The position numbers and the translations under genes are program-made. A DNA stretch of 64,000 bases from an uncultured Alphaproteobacteria bacterium (GTDB lineage: Bacteria; Pseudomonadota; Alphaproteobacteria; Rs-D84): the NCBI GenBank assembly GCA_934276735.1, contig CAKQTG010000001.1:350134-414133 (forward strand). Direction: 5' to 3'. Below are positions 1-8,611 of this stretch, in pieces. The notes under the pieces were generated by a model. It worked only from the letters and a program-made list of their open reading frames with translations. It searched no databases and was not told the origin of the DNA. Position 1 is the stretch's first letter, and every line of letters begins with the position of its first letter.

Positions 1-228
1 GCGTCCAGTCCGGATGCCGGAACCGCAACCCAGGAATTGGATATCGAATACAATGGTGATACATCGTTCACGGTTACGTTTAATGTGAAATTCTTGATGG
101 ATGTCGCCGGCCAGGTCGAGGGCGAAAAATTCCAGATGGAAATGCAAGACCCGTTGTCACCAACGATTATTAAATCAACGGATAAAAACACAGATGCGTT
201 GTTTATCTTGATGCCGATGAGAATGTAA
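1..228 (+). CDS. dnaN: DNA polymerase III beta sliding clamp, C-terminal fragment (5' end upstream of window)
   Basis: Frame 1 is open from nt 1. The tail ...FNVKFLMDVAGQ...DPLSPTIIKSTDKNTDALFILMPMRM matches the conserved DnaN C-terminus. A hairpin terminator follows. Confidence 0.8.
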   Translation, partial: ASSPDAGTATQELDIEYNGDTSFTVTFNVKFLMDVAGQVEGEKFQMEMQDPLSPTIIKSTDKNTDALFILMPMRM

Positions 229-241
229 GAACGTATTCCGA

Positions 242-266
242 AACGCCCCGATGGGGCGTTTTTTTA
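242..266 (+). terminator. Rho-independent terminator after dnaN
   Basis: Stem AACGCCCC / GGGGCGTT with a 3-nt loop, followed by a T-run. Confidence 0.75.
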
Positions 267-327
267 TTGGCCGATTCGTTTGCAATGGTGTTTTTTTCTG
301 GTAAAATTGGCCGGCTTTAGAAAAAGG

Positions 328-876
328 ATGAATATGACAATATCAGAAATTGCGCCGGGAAAATTACCCCCAAAGAAGATGAACGCAATTATAGAGGTTC
401 CAGAAAATGGATTTGTAAAATACGAAATTGATAAAGAAACCGGACTGCCCCGCGTGGACAGAATCTTGCACGCGCCAATGGCGTATCCGGCGAACTATGG
501 ATATTTTCCGGGCACATTGGGCGATGACGGCGACCCGTTGGATTGTGTGGTTGTTTGCAATGCGCCACTGCGTCCCGGTGTTTTGATAGAGGTGCGGCCC
601 ATCGGTGCCCTGATTATGGAAGACCAGGCGGGCGGCGACGAAAAAATTATTTGCGTTCCGTTGGATAGAATAGACCCATATTATACAACCACGGAATACA
701 TTGAACAGTTGCCGGAAATTCTGCGTTCAAAAATTGAATACTTTTTCCAGCATTACAAGGATTTGCAACCAAATTCTTGGTCCAAGGTATCTGGTTGGGC
801 GGATCGTGACGCGGCCGATAAACTGATTATGGACAGTATCGATCGTTACTGGGCGCATAAGCGCACCGCACAATAA
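328..876 (+). CDS. ppa: Inorganic pyrophosphatase
   Basis: Family I PPase motifs are present: IIEVPENGFVKYEIDKETG, YPANYGYFPGTLGDDGDPLDCVV, DEKIICVP, FFQHYKDL. The track ORF starts at 280, but AAAGGA precedes ATG 328 and ATG 334, so the start is 328 or 334. Confidence 0.9.
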   Translation: MNMTISEIAPGKLPPKKMNAIIEVPENGFVKYEIDKETGLPRVDRILHAPMAYPANYGYFPGTLGDDGDPLDCVVVCNAPLRPGVLIEVRPIGALIMEDQAGGDEKIICVPLDRIDPYYTTTEYIEQLPEILRSKIEYFFQHYKDLQPNSWSKVSGWADRDAADKLIMDSIDRYWAHKRTAQ

Positions 877-939
877 AAGCCTTGCATAGTGGCGGTCGCA
901 TTTTTATAATTCATACACAAAAATCAAAGAGGTAAAACA

Positions 940-1509
940 ATGGCATCATATATTGCAAATGATATGCGCGTGGGTTGGGTGATTTCGCACAATGGCCGCC
1001 GTTATTCTGTTACATCGATTACAAAGGTTAAACCAGGCAAGGGTGGCGCGTTCGTCCAGGCGGATTTGCGTGACATTGATTCTGGCAACAAGGGCGGCGA
1101 TCGCTGGCGTGCCGAAGACAAGGTTGAAAAACTGATGGTCGAGGATTTTGAATGCCAGTATTTGTATTCGGATGGCACAGACGCGTTCTTTATGAACCTG
1201 TCCGATTATGAACAATTCACAATGCCGGTTGAATCACTGGGCGAACAGATGAAATTCTTGGCCCCAGAAATGAACGTCAAGGCGAATTTTGTCGAAGGCA
1301 AACCTGTATCAATCTCGCTGCCGAAAACAGTTATCGCCACGGTCGAAGAAACCGAACCCGCATTAAAGGGCCAGACTGCGTCCAGCAGTGGTGGCAAACC
1401 GGCCGTTTTGGACAACGGTATTCGCGTCCAGGTTCCATTGTTTGTCGAAGCTGGCGAGAAAATCGTGGTCAATACTGAAACCCTGGAATATGTTGAACGC
1501 GCCAAATAA
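940..1509 (+). CDS. efp: Elongation factor P
   Basis: 189 aa. The N-terminus ...ANDMRVGWVISHNGRRYSVTSITKVKPGKGGAFVQADLRDIDSGNK carries the KPGKG loop typical of EF-P. The RBS AGAGG is upstream. Confidence 0.92.
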   Translation: MASYIANDMRVGWVISHNGRRYSVTSITKVKPGKGGAFVQADLRDIDSGNKGGDRWRAEDKVEKLMVEDFECQYLYSDGTDAFFMNLSDYEQFTMPVESLGEQMKFLAPEMNVKANFVEGKPVSISLPKTVIATVEETEPALKGQTASSSGGKPAVLDNGIRVQVPLFVEAGEKIVVNTETLEYVERAK

Positions 1510-1510
1510 A

Positions 1511-1600
1511 TTATAACGGCACATCTGTGCGCGGTGTGTTCTGCTCGTGTACGTCGTGTACACTTCGCCTTCGTCACACCCACCATCTGCGCCGTTATAA
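1511..1600. repeat. About 90-nt palindromic intergenic element, copy 1 (family E)
   Basis: Terminal inverted repeat TTATAACGGCACATCTG...CATCTGCGCCGTTATAA. The core is GTGCGCGGTGTGTTCTGCTCGTGTACGTCGTGTACACTTCGC, with the central palindrome GTGTAC..GTACAC. Confidence 0.8.
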
Positions 1601-1611
1601 TTCATTTATAA

Positions 1612-1699
1612 ATATGACACATCTGTGCGCGGTGTGTTTTGCTCGTGTACGTCGTGTACACTTCGCAATCCACACTACGCACATCTGCACCGTTCTAAT
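1612..1699. repeat. About 90-nt palindromic intergenic element, copy 2 (family E), tandem to copy 1
   Basis: The core ACATCTGTGCGCGGTGTGTTTTGCTCGTGTACGTCGTGTACACTTCGC is nearly identical to copy 1. It abuts the stop codon of the M16 peptidase gene. Confidence 0.8.
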
Positions 1700-2965
1700 T
1701 TATTTGAAATTATCGTTCCAGATTTTTTGTAAATTAGAATTCACATCTGGGCCCTGGGTCAGGATTGATACCGGTTGTGTAAAGAAATTTTTTGCGGCAC
1801 GGGCGATGTCGGCTGCGGTTATTTTATCGCTGATTTGCATTTCGTTCACCAGGTCATACACCGCGCCATATTGATGCCAGTGTTCCATCAGTTTCCCGCA
1901 ACGTTTTGACGCCGATTCCATAATGTCGGTAAATTGTAATTTCATCAGCATACGCAGTCGCGCAACATCGTCATCGGTAATTTCGGGGTTCTGTTGCGCA
2001 CTGGCACATTCGCGCGCGAGTGTTGCAATGATCGTGTCAATATTTTGCGGGCTGGTTGATGTGTTGATTGTGTGTGCTGATACAGTTGCACGCTCCATGC
2101 GCACAGTGGATATGCTGTATGCCATACCCAGTTTATTGCGAACAATTTCGTGCAGTTTTTTGCTAAATAAAAAAATGAATCTGTTGGCGGCCAGTGTTTG
2201 GGCTCTATGTTCTAAATCATTTGGAATTCTATTTTCAAATGCAATGCGCAGTTGGACGTTCGGCTGGCCGTCGTGTAAATTATGTGCAAAGACCTGCGTA
2301 ATTTTTTGTTGTGTGCGCGGCACCGGAAATGACGGAATCCATCCGAACAATTGTTCCAGTTTTTGTAATGTTTTTTCTGGGTCAGTAATTTTGCCAGATA
2401 TACAAATTGTCATATTTTGCGCAGACAAGATTTTATGCAAATAATTCATCAATTGTTCGCGCGAAAACGATTTTATTGTATCTGGGGTCCCCAGAATATT
2501 ATGTGCGCCAAATAATTTTTCATTGGAAAATATGCTAAACGCGGCCGCGTTGTCCATTGTTTTGCGTCTGTATTCGTCCAGAATTACGCCACGTTCAATT
2601 TCAATCTTGTGTGGGTCAAACAGTGAATCGCGCAATTGTTCTGAAAACAGCCCCAGCAGTTTATCCAGATTTTCGGCCAGCACGCGCCCAAACAAACACA
2701 TCTTGTCGTATGTTGTTCCGGCATTGCGCACACCGCCAATAGATATGGGAATATTGGTTGTGTTGTCCATTGTGTCCGGGTGTTGGTGCGTTCCCTTGGA
2801 CAGCATGTGTTCAACAAAGTGCGTTATGCCGAATTCTGATGCGTCGGATTCGTCCGTGGCCCCAGAGTGTATTGCGATTTCGACGCATGCGGTTGCGATA
2901 TCAAAATCGTCCAGAATAACATTCAGACCATTTGATAATTTGTGTATGCGTGGCGCGAATTCCAT
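1700..2965 (-). CDS. M16 (pitrilysin/insulinase) family zinc peptidase
   Basis: 421 aa. The inverted zinc motif HFVEH (HxxEH) lies about 50 aa from the N-terminus (GITHFVEHMLSKGT), as is typical of M16. It sits 9 bp downstream of fba on the same strand. Confidence 0.8.
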   Translation of the reverse strand: MEFAPRIHKLSNGLNVILDDFDIATACVEIAIHSGATDESDASEFGITHFVEHMLSKGTHQHPDTMDNTTNIPISIGGVRNAGTTYDKMCLFGRVLAENLDKLLGLFSEQLRDSLFDPHKIEIERGVILDEYRRKTMDNAAAFSIFSNEKLFGAHNILGTPDTIKSFSREQLMNYLHKILSAQNMTICISGKITDPEKTLQKLEQLFGWIPSFPVPRTQQKITQVFAHNLHDGQPNVQLRIAFENRIPNDLEHRAQTLAANRFIFLFSKKLHEIVRNKLGMAYSISTVRMERATVSAHTINTSTSPQNIDTIIATLARECASAQQNPEITDDDVARLRMLMKLQFTDIMESASKRCGKLMEHWHQYGAVYDLVNEMQISDKITAADIARAAKNFFTQPVSILTQGPDVNSNLQKIWNDNFK

Positions 2966-2974
2966 TTTATGCCT

Positions 2975-3919
2975 TTATAACTTGTTATCCGAACCCATGA
3001 TGTGTTTGATTTCGTCTATGCAGTTGTCATAGATGTTCTGACGGGCGGATTTCAGGAAATCGCGCGGGTTGAACATTTCTGGGTGTTGACCCAGTGACGC
3101 GCGAACGCCGGCGGTGAACGCCAGACGGGAATCACTGTCCACGTTTATTTTGCAAATGTTCATTTCGGTCGCCGCGCGCAGTTGTTGCGGGTCAATACCC
3201 AACGCCCCGGGCAGTGCGCCACCAAACTCATTTATGGTTTTGACAAAGTGTTGTGGAATACTGCTTGCCCCGTGCAAGACCAGTGGGAATTCTGGTAATC
3301 GTTTGGCGATTTCGTCCAGTATGTCCAGGCGCAACTGTTCGTTTTCGCTCTTGCGTTTATATGCGCCGTGACTGGTCCCGATGGCGATGGCCAGTGAATC
3401 AATCCCGGTTGCGTTCACAAACTTTACAACATCGTTTGGGTCGGTATAACTGGAATGGTCGGAAAATGTATTTTCATCTTCTATGCCTGATATAGTTCCC
3501 AATTCGGCTTCGGTGGTGGCGTCGTATTTGTGCGCCAGTTCGGCAACGCGCCGTGACAGTTCCACATTTTCATCAAACGGCAATTTGCTGGCGTCAATCA
3601 TCACAGATGAAAATCCCAATTCCAGTGCGTCGCGACATGCGTCAAAACTGGAACCGTGGTCCAGGTGCAGTGTGATGCGTTCGTTGTCGCGAATATTTGC
3701 GCCGCGTATCATACCCATCAGCAAATCGCCCCCCATGTATTTCAGTGCGGATTCCGACACGGCCAGTATAACCGGGCTGTGCGTGTCGCGGGCGGCGGAT
3801 AAAATTGCCTGTAATGTTTCCATATTATAGAAATTAAATGCCGGCACCGCATAGTGGCGACGAATTGCGTCGGCAAATATTGCGCGGGTATTTGTTAGAC
3901 CAAATTCATAATATTTCAT
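2975..3919 (-). CDS. fba: Class II fructose-bisphosphate aldolase family protein
   Basis: 314 aa. Motifs: YAVPAFNFYNMETLQAILSAA...SPVILAVSE, LHLDHGSS, HGASSIP, NVDSDSRLAF. These are hallmarks of class II FBA/tagatose-bisphosphate aldolases. Confidence 0.85.
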   Translation of the reverse strand: MKYYEFGLTNTRAIFADAIRRHYAVPAFNFYNMETLQAILSAARDTHSPVILAVSESALKYMGGDLLMGMIRGANIRDNERITLHLDHGSSFDACRDALELGFSSVMIDASKLPFDENVELSRRVAELAHKYDATTEAELGTISGIEDENTFSDHSSYTDPNDVVKFVNATGIDSLAIAIGTSHGAYKRKSENEQLRLDILDEIAKRLPEFPLVLHGASSIPQHFVKTINEFGGALPGALGIDPQQLRAATEMNICKINVDSDSRLAFTAGVRASLGQHPEMFNPRDFLKSARQNIYDNCIDEIKHIMGSDNKL

Positions 3920-4005
3920 GGTGCGTAATCCTTTAGGGTTTTTATCTTGGGCATAATTATATCATATTTGTGGGCGTCGCGCCCGGGGAATTTTTATAAC
4001 AAAAC

Positions 4006-4034
4006 TTGACAACGGGCGATTTTGTGCGATAATA
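4006..4034 (+). promoter_or_regulatory. Sigma70-like promoter for the 4093 lipoprotein gene
   Basis: TTGACA, 17-nt spacer, ATAATA, located about 60 nt upstream of the ATG. Confidence 0.45.
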
Positions 4035-4092
4035 AAATTACGAATCGGGGGGCTGGACAGAGAACGCAGATAAAAACCGTAAAGGGTGCGAT

Positions 4093-4452
4093 ATGAAAAA
4101 AGTTTTGGTTTCTGTTTTGGCGTTGTCGGCATTGGCGGCGTGCAGCAGCTATGATTATTACAAGGGTGGCGTTCGCTATACCCAAGATGGCGAAGATTGC
4201 ATTTACACGATGGGTGAAAATGGCCATCATTTCAGCAACGATATTTATGATATGAACAACGGCAAAAAGATTGTTTATCGCAACACACGTTGTGCCGATT
4301 TGTATGCGCGTGACAACCTGGGTCAGGCACCACGTCACGATCGCCAGATTATTGTTCCGACCGCGCGCGAGGTTACAGACGCCCCGTCCTGTGGTTGCAA
4401 GACGTGCAATCAGCCTGTTCTGAAACGTCGTTATATAATTGTTTCTCAGTAA
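4093..4452 (+). CDS. Small lipoprotein, hypothetical
   Basis: The N-terminus MKKVLVSVLALSALAAC has a lipobox (L-A-A-C). 119 aa with 6 further Cys. RBS AAGGG; a terminator follows. Confidence 0.6.
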   Translation: MKKVLVSVLALSALAACSSYDYYKGGVRYTQDGEDCIYTMGENGHHFSNDIYDMNNGKKIVYRNTRCADLYARDNLGQAPRHDRQIIVPTAREVTDAPSCGCKTCNQPVLKRRYIIVSQ

Positions 4453-4478
4453 AAAAATGCGCCAATGGCGCGTTTTTT
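4452..4478 (+). terminator. Rho-independent terminator
   Basis: AAAAAAATGCGCC-AAT-GGCGCGTTTTTT. Confidence 0.7.
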
Positions 4479-4595
4479 ACAGAGTGCAGAGTTCAGATAA
4501 TACGTGTGGTGGGTTGCCATGCGTATTTTTTATATTTGAAAGGGTGGGCGAATTATGATAAAATTAGCGTATCAAAGGAAACAAAGGGGATTTAT

Positions 4596-4940
4596 ATGAA
4601 AAAACTGATAAACAAATTAAACTTTGCGTTGATTGGCGTTATGGTGTCTGTTCCTGCGTTTGCGGCCGGAAACGGACTGTGTGAATTGATTACCCAGATG
4701 CACGGGGTGTTCAAGACTTTGCGAACATTGGCGTTTGTCGGTGCGGCGTTTGTTATTGCCGGATGGGCGTGGGGCTATATTTCCAAGGGCGAAGTGAAGA
4801 AGGAAGACCTGAAAGACAAGGGTATCGGTATGTTGGTTGGTTTTGTTTTGCTGTTTGGTATTGGTATTGTTTTGTCGTTCTTACTGAGCGAGAGCACCAT
4901 GCAAGGTATTGGTTGTCAGCAGCAAATTATGAACTGGTAA
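4596..4940 (+). CDS. Small secreted two-TM protein with TrbC/VirB2 pilin-like topology (hypothetical)
   Basis: The track ORF (from 4395) is trimmed to ATG 4596, which is preceded by AAGGGGA. It has a signal peptide MKKLINKLNFALIGVMVSVPAFA, then two hydrophobic helices (LAFVGAAFVIAGWAWGYI and GIGMLVGFVLLFGIGIVLSFLL) separated by a charged loop. That layout matches VirB2/TrbC pilins. No other T4SS genes are in the window. Confidence 0.4.
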   Translation: MKKLINKLNFALIGVMVSVPAFAAGNGLCELITQMHGVFKTLRTLAFVGAAFVIAGWAWGYISKGEVKKEDLKDKGIGMLVGFVLLFGIGIVLSFLLSESTMQGIGCQQQIMNW

Positions 4941-4954
4941 TTGCTCGCGATATA

Positions 4955-4991
4955 AAATTAAAACAGGCGGCCAAATGGTCGCCTGTTTTTT
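4955..4991. terminator. Bidirectional terminator between convergent genes
   Basis: A-run, stem ACAGGCG / CGCCTGT, T-run. It lies between the stop at 4940 (+) and the stop at 5001 (-). Confidence 0.7.
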
Positions 4992-5000
4992 ATGTTTTGT

Positions 5001-5225
5001 TTATTTTTGTTCTTCGATATTGGCCAGTGAAAATAATACCGACGATATCAGAGATTGATATGGGACATGTTGCTGTTCGGCCAGTTGTTTAATCCGGTCC
5101 AGAATAGGGCGCGGGATTCGCATATTTATAACGCAATCTGATTTGTTAAACGCGCGATACGCGGCATATTCACGCAGCAGTGATTCTATATTCATGATAA
5201 ATAATTGCTGCATAACGTTTGGCAT
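5001..5225 (-). CDS. BrnA/CopG-like (RHH) antitoxin-family protein, apparently orphan
   Basis: 74 aa. The C-terminal segment INMRIPRPILDRIKQLAEQQHVPYQSLISSVL resembles the BrnA-type antitoxin signature (...isiRlp..ll..lK..A...GipYQtLI...l). The palindrome TTGAC-N4-GTCAA at about 5275-5288 lies upstream. No toxin-sized ORF is adjacent. Confidence 0.5.
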   Translation of the reverse strand: MPNVMQQLFIMNIESLLREYAAYRAFNKSDCVINMRIPRPILDRIKQLAEQQHVPYQSLISSVLFSLANIEEQK

Positions 5226-5443
5226 ATACGAACTCCTATACTAACGTCTTTACAAGTGACTATAACATTGTGTTGACGTTTGTCAATACAAATGTGATGG
5301 CTGGTGTAATTACTGCTGTAATGACCGGCGTGTGGGCGGTTGTATGGTTGGTGGATAAAGCGGGGTGCGGATAATAGATGTTTGATTTTTGTTATTCTTG
5401 TGTGTAAAATTAAACGCGTATTTTATGGAAAGGAATTTTTATT

Positions 5444-6760
5444 ATGTTCAAGAAGGTGTTATTTGTATTTGTTGCGTGTGCGCTGGCGGTTGGTGCGGCA
5501 CGGGCCGAATTAAAGGTTGATATTATTGCGGGTGCAACCGAACCGATTTCAATTGCCGTCCAAAAGTTTGAAATCGCTGGTAATGCATCGGCCAAAGATG
5601 CGGCAATGATACGCGATGTTGTAGAGCGCGATTTAAAATCAACGGGGCTGTTTCGTATTGCAAATCATGACGCGTTCCCAGAATATGTAAAAATGGGCGA
5701 TATGCCGGACTTTAAATTATGGGCTGCGATAAAGACCCAGGTGCTGGTCCAGGCGAAACTGGTCACGACGGGCGGACAATATAAATTGGAATTCTATGTC
5801 TGGGACGTTGCCGGCAAAGAACAGATAGAGGCACAATCGCTGATTTCGTCCAAGAAATCGGCACGGCGTCTGGCGCATATTATGGCCGACGCGATTTATG
5901 AACGCCTGACGGGCGAGGTTGGCTATTTCGATACCCAAATCGTATTTATTGCCGAAACCGGGCCGGTGCACAATCGCATAAAACGCCTGGCCATAATGGA
6001 CCAGGACGGATATGGAATGCGGTATTTGTCCGATGACAAGACGTTTGTTATGTCGCCACATTTTTCGCCGAATATGCAAACAGTTGTATTTTTGTCGTTC
6101 CGCAATGACGACCCAATGGTTTGGACGCTGGATTTGAACACTGGGGCGCAACGTCGTTTGGGGCAATTTGGTGGGATGAATTTTGCGCCGCGCTTTTCGC
6201 CCGACGGGTCGCGTGTTGCGTTGTCCTTGGTTAAAAATGGAATTACGCACATATATGAATATGATATTGAATCAAAACAGTTGCGCCAATTGACGTTTGG
6301 GCATTCGTTGAATACCAGTCCATCGTATTCCCCGGACGGAAAAAAGATGGTATTTAATTCAGATCGCAGTGGCAATCAACAAATCTGGATTATGGATTTG
6401 GATACATTGGAACCAACGCGCCTGACGTATGGGGCGGGGCGGTATGCGACGCCGGCGTGGTCGCCCGATGGCCAGTTTATCGCGTTCACCAAAATGGCCG
6501 ACGACACATTTTACATTGGCATTATGGACCCGCGTGGGCGCAATGAAAAAATCTTGGCCGGTGGCTGGTATATGGAGGCACCATCCTGGGCCCCAGGCTC
6601 GCGCCGGGTGGTGTATTATGAAACAGAAAAGGCCCTGGACGGTATTGAACGTATCAGCCATATCCGCAGTGTTGATATAACCGGTCAAAACGTATATGAT
6701 ATTGAATTGCCGGAAAATGTCAACGGTGTTGAACCAACATGGTCGCCAAAATTACCGTAA
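5444..6760 (+). CDS. tolB: Tol-Pal system periplasmic beta-propeller protein TolB
   Basis: 438 aa with a signal peptide. The N-terminal domain (IAVQKFE...) is followed by repeated P.FSPDG / PSYSPDG / PAWSPDG propeller blades. Confidence 0.9.
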   Translation: MFKKVLFVFVACALAVGAARAELKVDIIAGATEPISIAVQKFEIAGNASAKDAAMIRDVVERDLKSTGLFRIANHDAFPEYVKMGDMPDFKLWAAIKTQVLVQAKLVTTGGQYKLEFYVWDVAGKEQIEAQSLISSKKSARRLAHIMADAIYERLTGEVGYFDTQIVFIAETGPVHNRIKRLAIMDQDGYGMRYLSDDKTFVMSPHFSPNMQTVVFLSFRNDDPMVWTLDLNTGAQRRLGQFGGMNFAPRFSPDGSRVALSLVKNGITHIYEYDIESKQLRQLTFGHSLNTSPSYSPDGKKMVFNSDRSGNQQIWIMDLDTLEPTRLTYGAGRYATPAWSPDGQFIAFTKMADDTFYIGIMDPRGRNEKILAGGWYMEAPSWAPGSRRVVYYETEKALDGIERISHIRSVDITGQNVYDIELPENVNGVEPTWSPKLP

Positions 6761-6785
6761 AAAATGCGCCACATGGCGCATTTTT
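6761..6785 (+). terminator. Rho-independent terminator after tolB
   Basis: AAAATGCGCC-ACA-TGGCGCATTTTT. Confidence 0.7.
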
Positions 6786-6801
6786 AGAGCATAGAGAATA
6801 G

Positions 6802-7212
6802 ATGTTCAAGATAGTTTCGTTTTTGGTGGCTTTATTTGTTACTGAGGTGGCAAATGCCACGCCGGTTGTGGTGGACTATATCATTGATGGCGATACGTTT
6901 GCCGGGCGGGTTGCATTGGCGGATGATACAAAAATTACGGTGCGTGTTCGTCTGATAAATGTTGATACGCCCGAAATCCATGGCGAGTGTGAATCCGAGA
7001 TTCGTGCGGCATTTGCGGCCAAGGCGCGATTGGCGGAATTGCTGCCAGTGGGGACCATGGCCGAATTACAAGAAATCAAGGACGATAAATACCTGGGGCG
7101 GATTGATGCGCGTGTGTTGGACGCGTCGGGTCGTGATGTTGGGAAAATATTGGTAAATGAAAAATTGGGCCGGCCATACAGTGGCGGCCACCGCGCCGGC
7201 TGGTGCGAGTAA
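6802..7212 (+). CDS. Secreted thermonuclease (staphylococcal nuclease, SNase-like) family protein
   Basis: Signal peptide, then VVDYIIDGDTF...VRVRLINVDTPE...KYLGRIDARV...VGKILVNEKLGRPY. The DGDT / D.PE / R motifs are those of the SNase fold. Confidence 0.78.
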   Translation: MFKIVSFLVALFVTEVANATPVVVDYIIDGDTFAGRVALADDTKITVRVRLINVDTPEIHGECESEIRAAFAAKARLAELLPVGTMAELQEIKDDKYLGRIDARVLDASGRDVGKILVNEKLGRPYSGGHRAGWCE

Positions 7213-7331
7213 CAGAGAGCAATGACGACACCCCGCACGCTATCGCGTGCACCCCTCTGGCCAGAGGGGAACTTGGTCCGCGACAGTGACTGACAACCAT
7301 TGCTCTCTGCTCTCTGCGCGTTGCTCTCTAA
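7213..7331. repeat. MITE-like mosaic palindromic element (families A and B)
   Basis: The termini AGAGAGCAATG (7214-7224) and CATTGCTCTCT (7298-7308) are inverted repeats. An internal hairpin is CCCCTCTGGCCAGAGGGG. Positions 7298-7331 are the exact reverse complement of 62225-62258. Confidence 0.85.
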
Positions 7332-7362
7332 AAAAAAACACCGCCAAACGGCGGTGTTTTTT
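7330..7362. terminator. Bidirectional terminator (SNase gene / plsC)
   Basis: A9-CACCGCC-AAAC-GGCGGTG-T6; it overlaps the plsC stop codon. Confidence 0.75.
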
Positions 7363-8068
7363 ATGCACTGTGACGGTTGATTGCGTCACGAATTTCATCC
7401 AAGGACGCATTGCATGGTAATATCGGCTCTATCCAAATGTTGGCCGTGCCGCCACGCATGCGGCCATGTTTTGGCCAATACAGGCCAGCATCGGTGCCAA
7501 CCGGTAAAATCGGTAACTTTAATTCATGGGCCAAGAATAATAATCCACGGCGCAGTTGTGGGCGCGCGCCAGGTTTAACACGTGTGCCTTCGGGGAAAAT
7601 GACCAGTGTTTGTCCGTTCATAATTTTTTCGCCAACCGCATGGGCCAATTTTTTCATATTTGTTGCACCACGCGCACGATTTACCGGTTGCAGCCCCATG
7701 CGCCAAAATGCCCAGCCATAAATTGGCAACCACATTATCTCACGCTTTACAATAAAAAATGAATTCGGAATATGGGTTGATAAAATCGCGATTTCCAGAA
7801 TAGACATATGCTTTGCTGCGACAATTGCCTTGCCGTCCAGGCGTGAATTCTCGTTCGGGGCAACCGGGATACCATTTTCTTCGACCGGGGGATAATGAAT
7901 TTCGTATTTTATTCCGACAATCAGTCGAGCCAGAACCAATACCCCACCAGCACAGGTGACCACCAGAAAATCGTTTAACGGTTTATATATCAGACCAATC
8001 AATATGATTGGTGACCAGGCGATATAATATACGGCTAATAAAAATTTAAACAAAATCGTTTTTAACAT
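7361..8068 (-). CDS. plsC: 1-acyl-sn-glycerol-3-phosphate acyltransferase
   Basis: 235 aa with an N-terminal TM helix. Acyltransferase block I variant KHMSILE (HxxxxD/E), then FIVKRE, VIFPEGTR and PILPV blocks. Confidence 0.78.
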   Translation of the reverse strand: MLKTILFKFLLAVYYIAWSPIILIGLIYKPLNDFLVVTCAGGVLVLARLIVGIKYEIHYPPVEENGIPVAPNENSRLDGKAIVAAKHMSILEIAILSTHIPNSFFIVKREIMWLPIYGWAFWRMGLQPVNRARGATNMKKLAHAVGEKIMNGQTLVIFPEGTRVKPGARPQLRRGLLFLAHELKLPILPVGTDAGLYWPKHGRMRGGTANIWIEPILPCNASLDEIRDAINRHSA

Positions 8069-8101
8069 TTCACTGCATTTCCTTAATTTACGTTGTGTTT
8101 T

Positions 8102-8611
8102 TTACCCTTCCTTGATACCAAGCATAGTGGCAATGTACTTCACATACTCGATTGTCCAGCGTTCCAGACGGCGTGCCGGCGGCATTCCTGCTAATCGGGC
8201 AGGGCATGCAACGACCTCTACATTTGGTAATTCTGAACGCACCAGGTATGATGCCCGGTTCATATGATCTTCGGTTGTGATTAAAACAATTCGGTCCAGG
8301 CCAGCACGCACGACAATGTCGTGAATCGCTCGTGCGTTTTGATATGTGGACTTTGATTCTGATTCAACCGTAACGCGTCGTGTCATTTCGTATGATGCAT
8401 CGGCCCCAACGCCAATGATATATAAATCTGCATCTGGATATGTGCGCAGCATTCGCATTGCAAACGGAATTCGACGCATGTCACCCGTCAGGACAAATAT
8501 ACTGTCATCTGGCAATATCGTGCCACACTGGGTCGGGGCCATTGACTTGAACATCATACCACCCAATACAAACAGGCCTAAAAATAATAAAGACGGGGTC
8601 AGTAGTTTCAT
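8102..8611 (-). CDS. DUF218 (YdcF/ElyC-like) domain protein
   Basis: N-terminal TM helix, then IFVLTGD..., ESESKSTYQNA and IVLITTEDHMNRA, resembling DUF218 signatures. Its start overlaps the ftsX stop. Confidence 0.62.
   Translation of the reverse strand: MKLLTPSLLFLGLFVLGGMMFKSMAPTQCGTILPDDSIFVLTGDMRRIPFAMRMLRTYPDADLYIIGVGADASYEMTRRVTVESESKSTYQNARAIHDIVVRAGLDRIVLITTEDHMNRASYLVRSELPNVEVVACPARLAGMPPARRLERWTIEYVKYIATMLGIKEG

Noticed and set aside
280-327. N-terminal extensions in the ORF track: ppa from 280, the pilin-like gene from 4395, P2 from 13572, paralog c from 23463, paralog d from 24178, the lipoprotein to 29615, the DUF3419-like gene to 55857, and rpsJ, rpsQ, rplN, rplF, rplO and rplQ.
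   Set aside because: In each case an internal ATG preceded by a purine-rich RBS yields the canonical N-terminus or a proper signal peptide. The upstream extension has junk-like composition or overlaps repeats or terminators.
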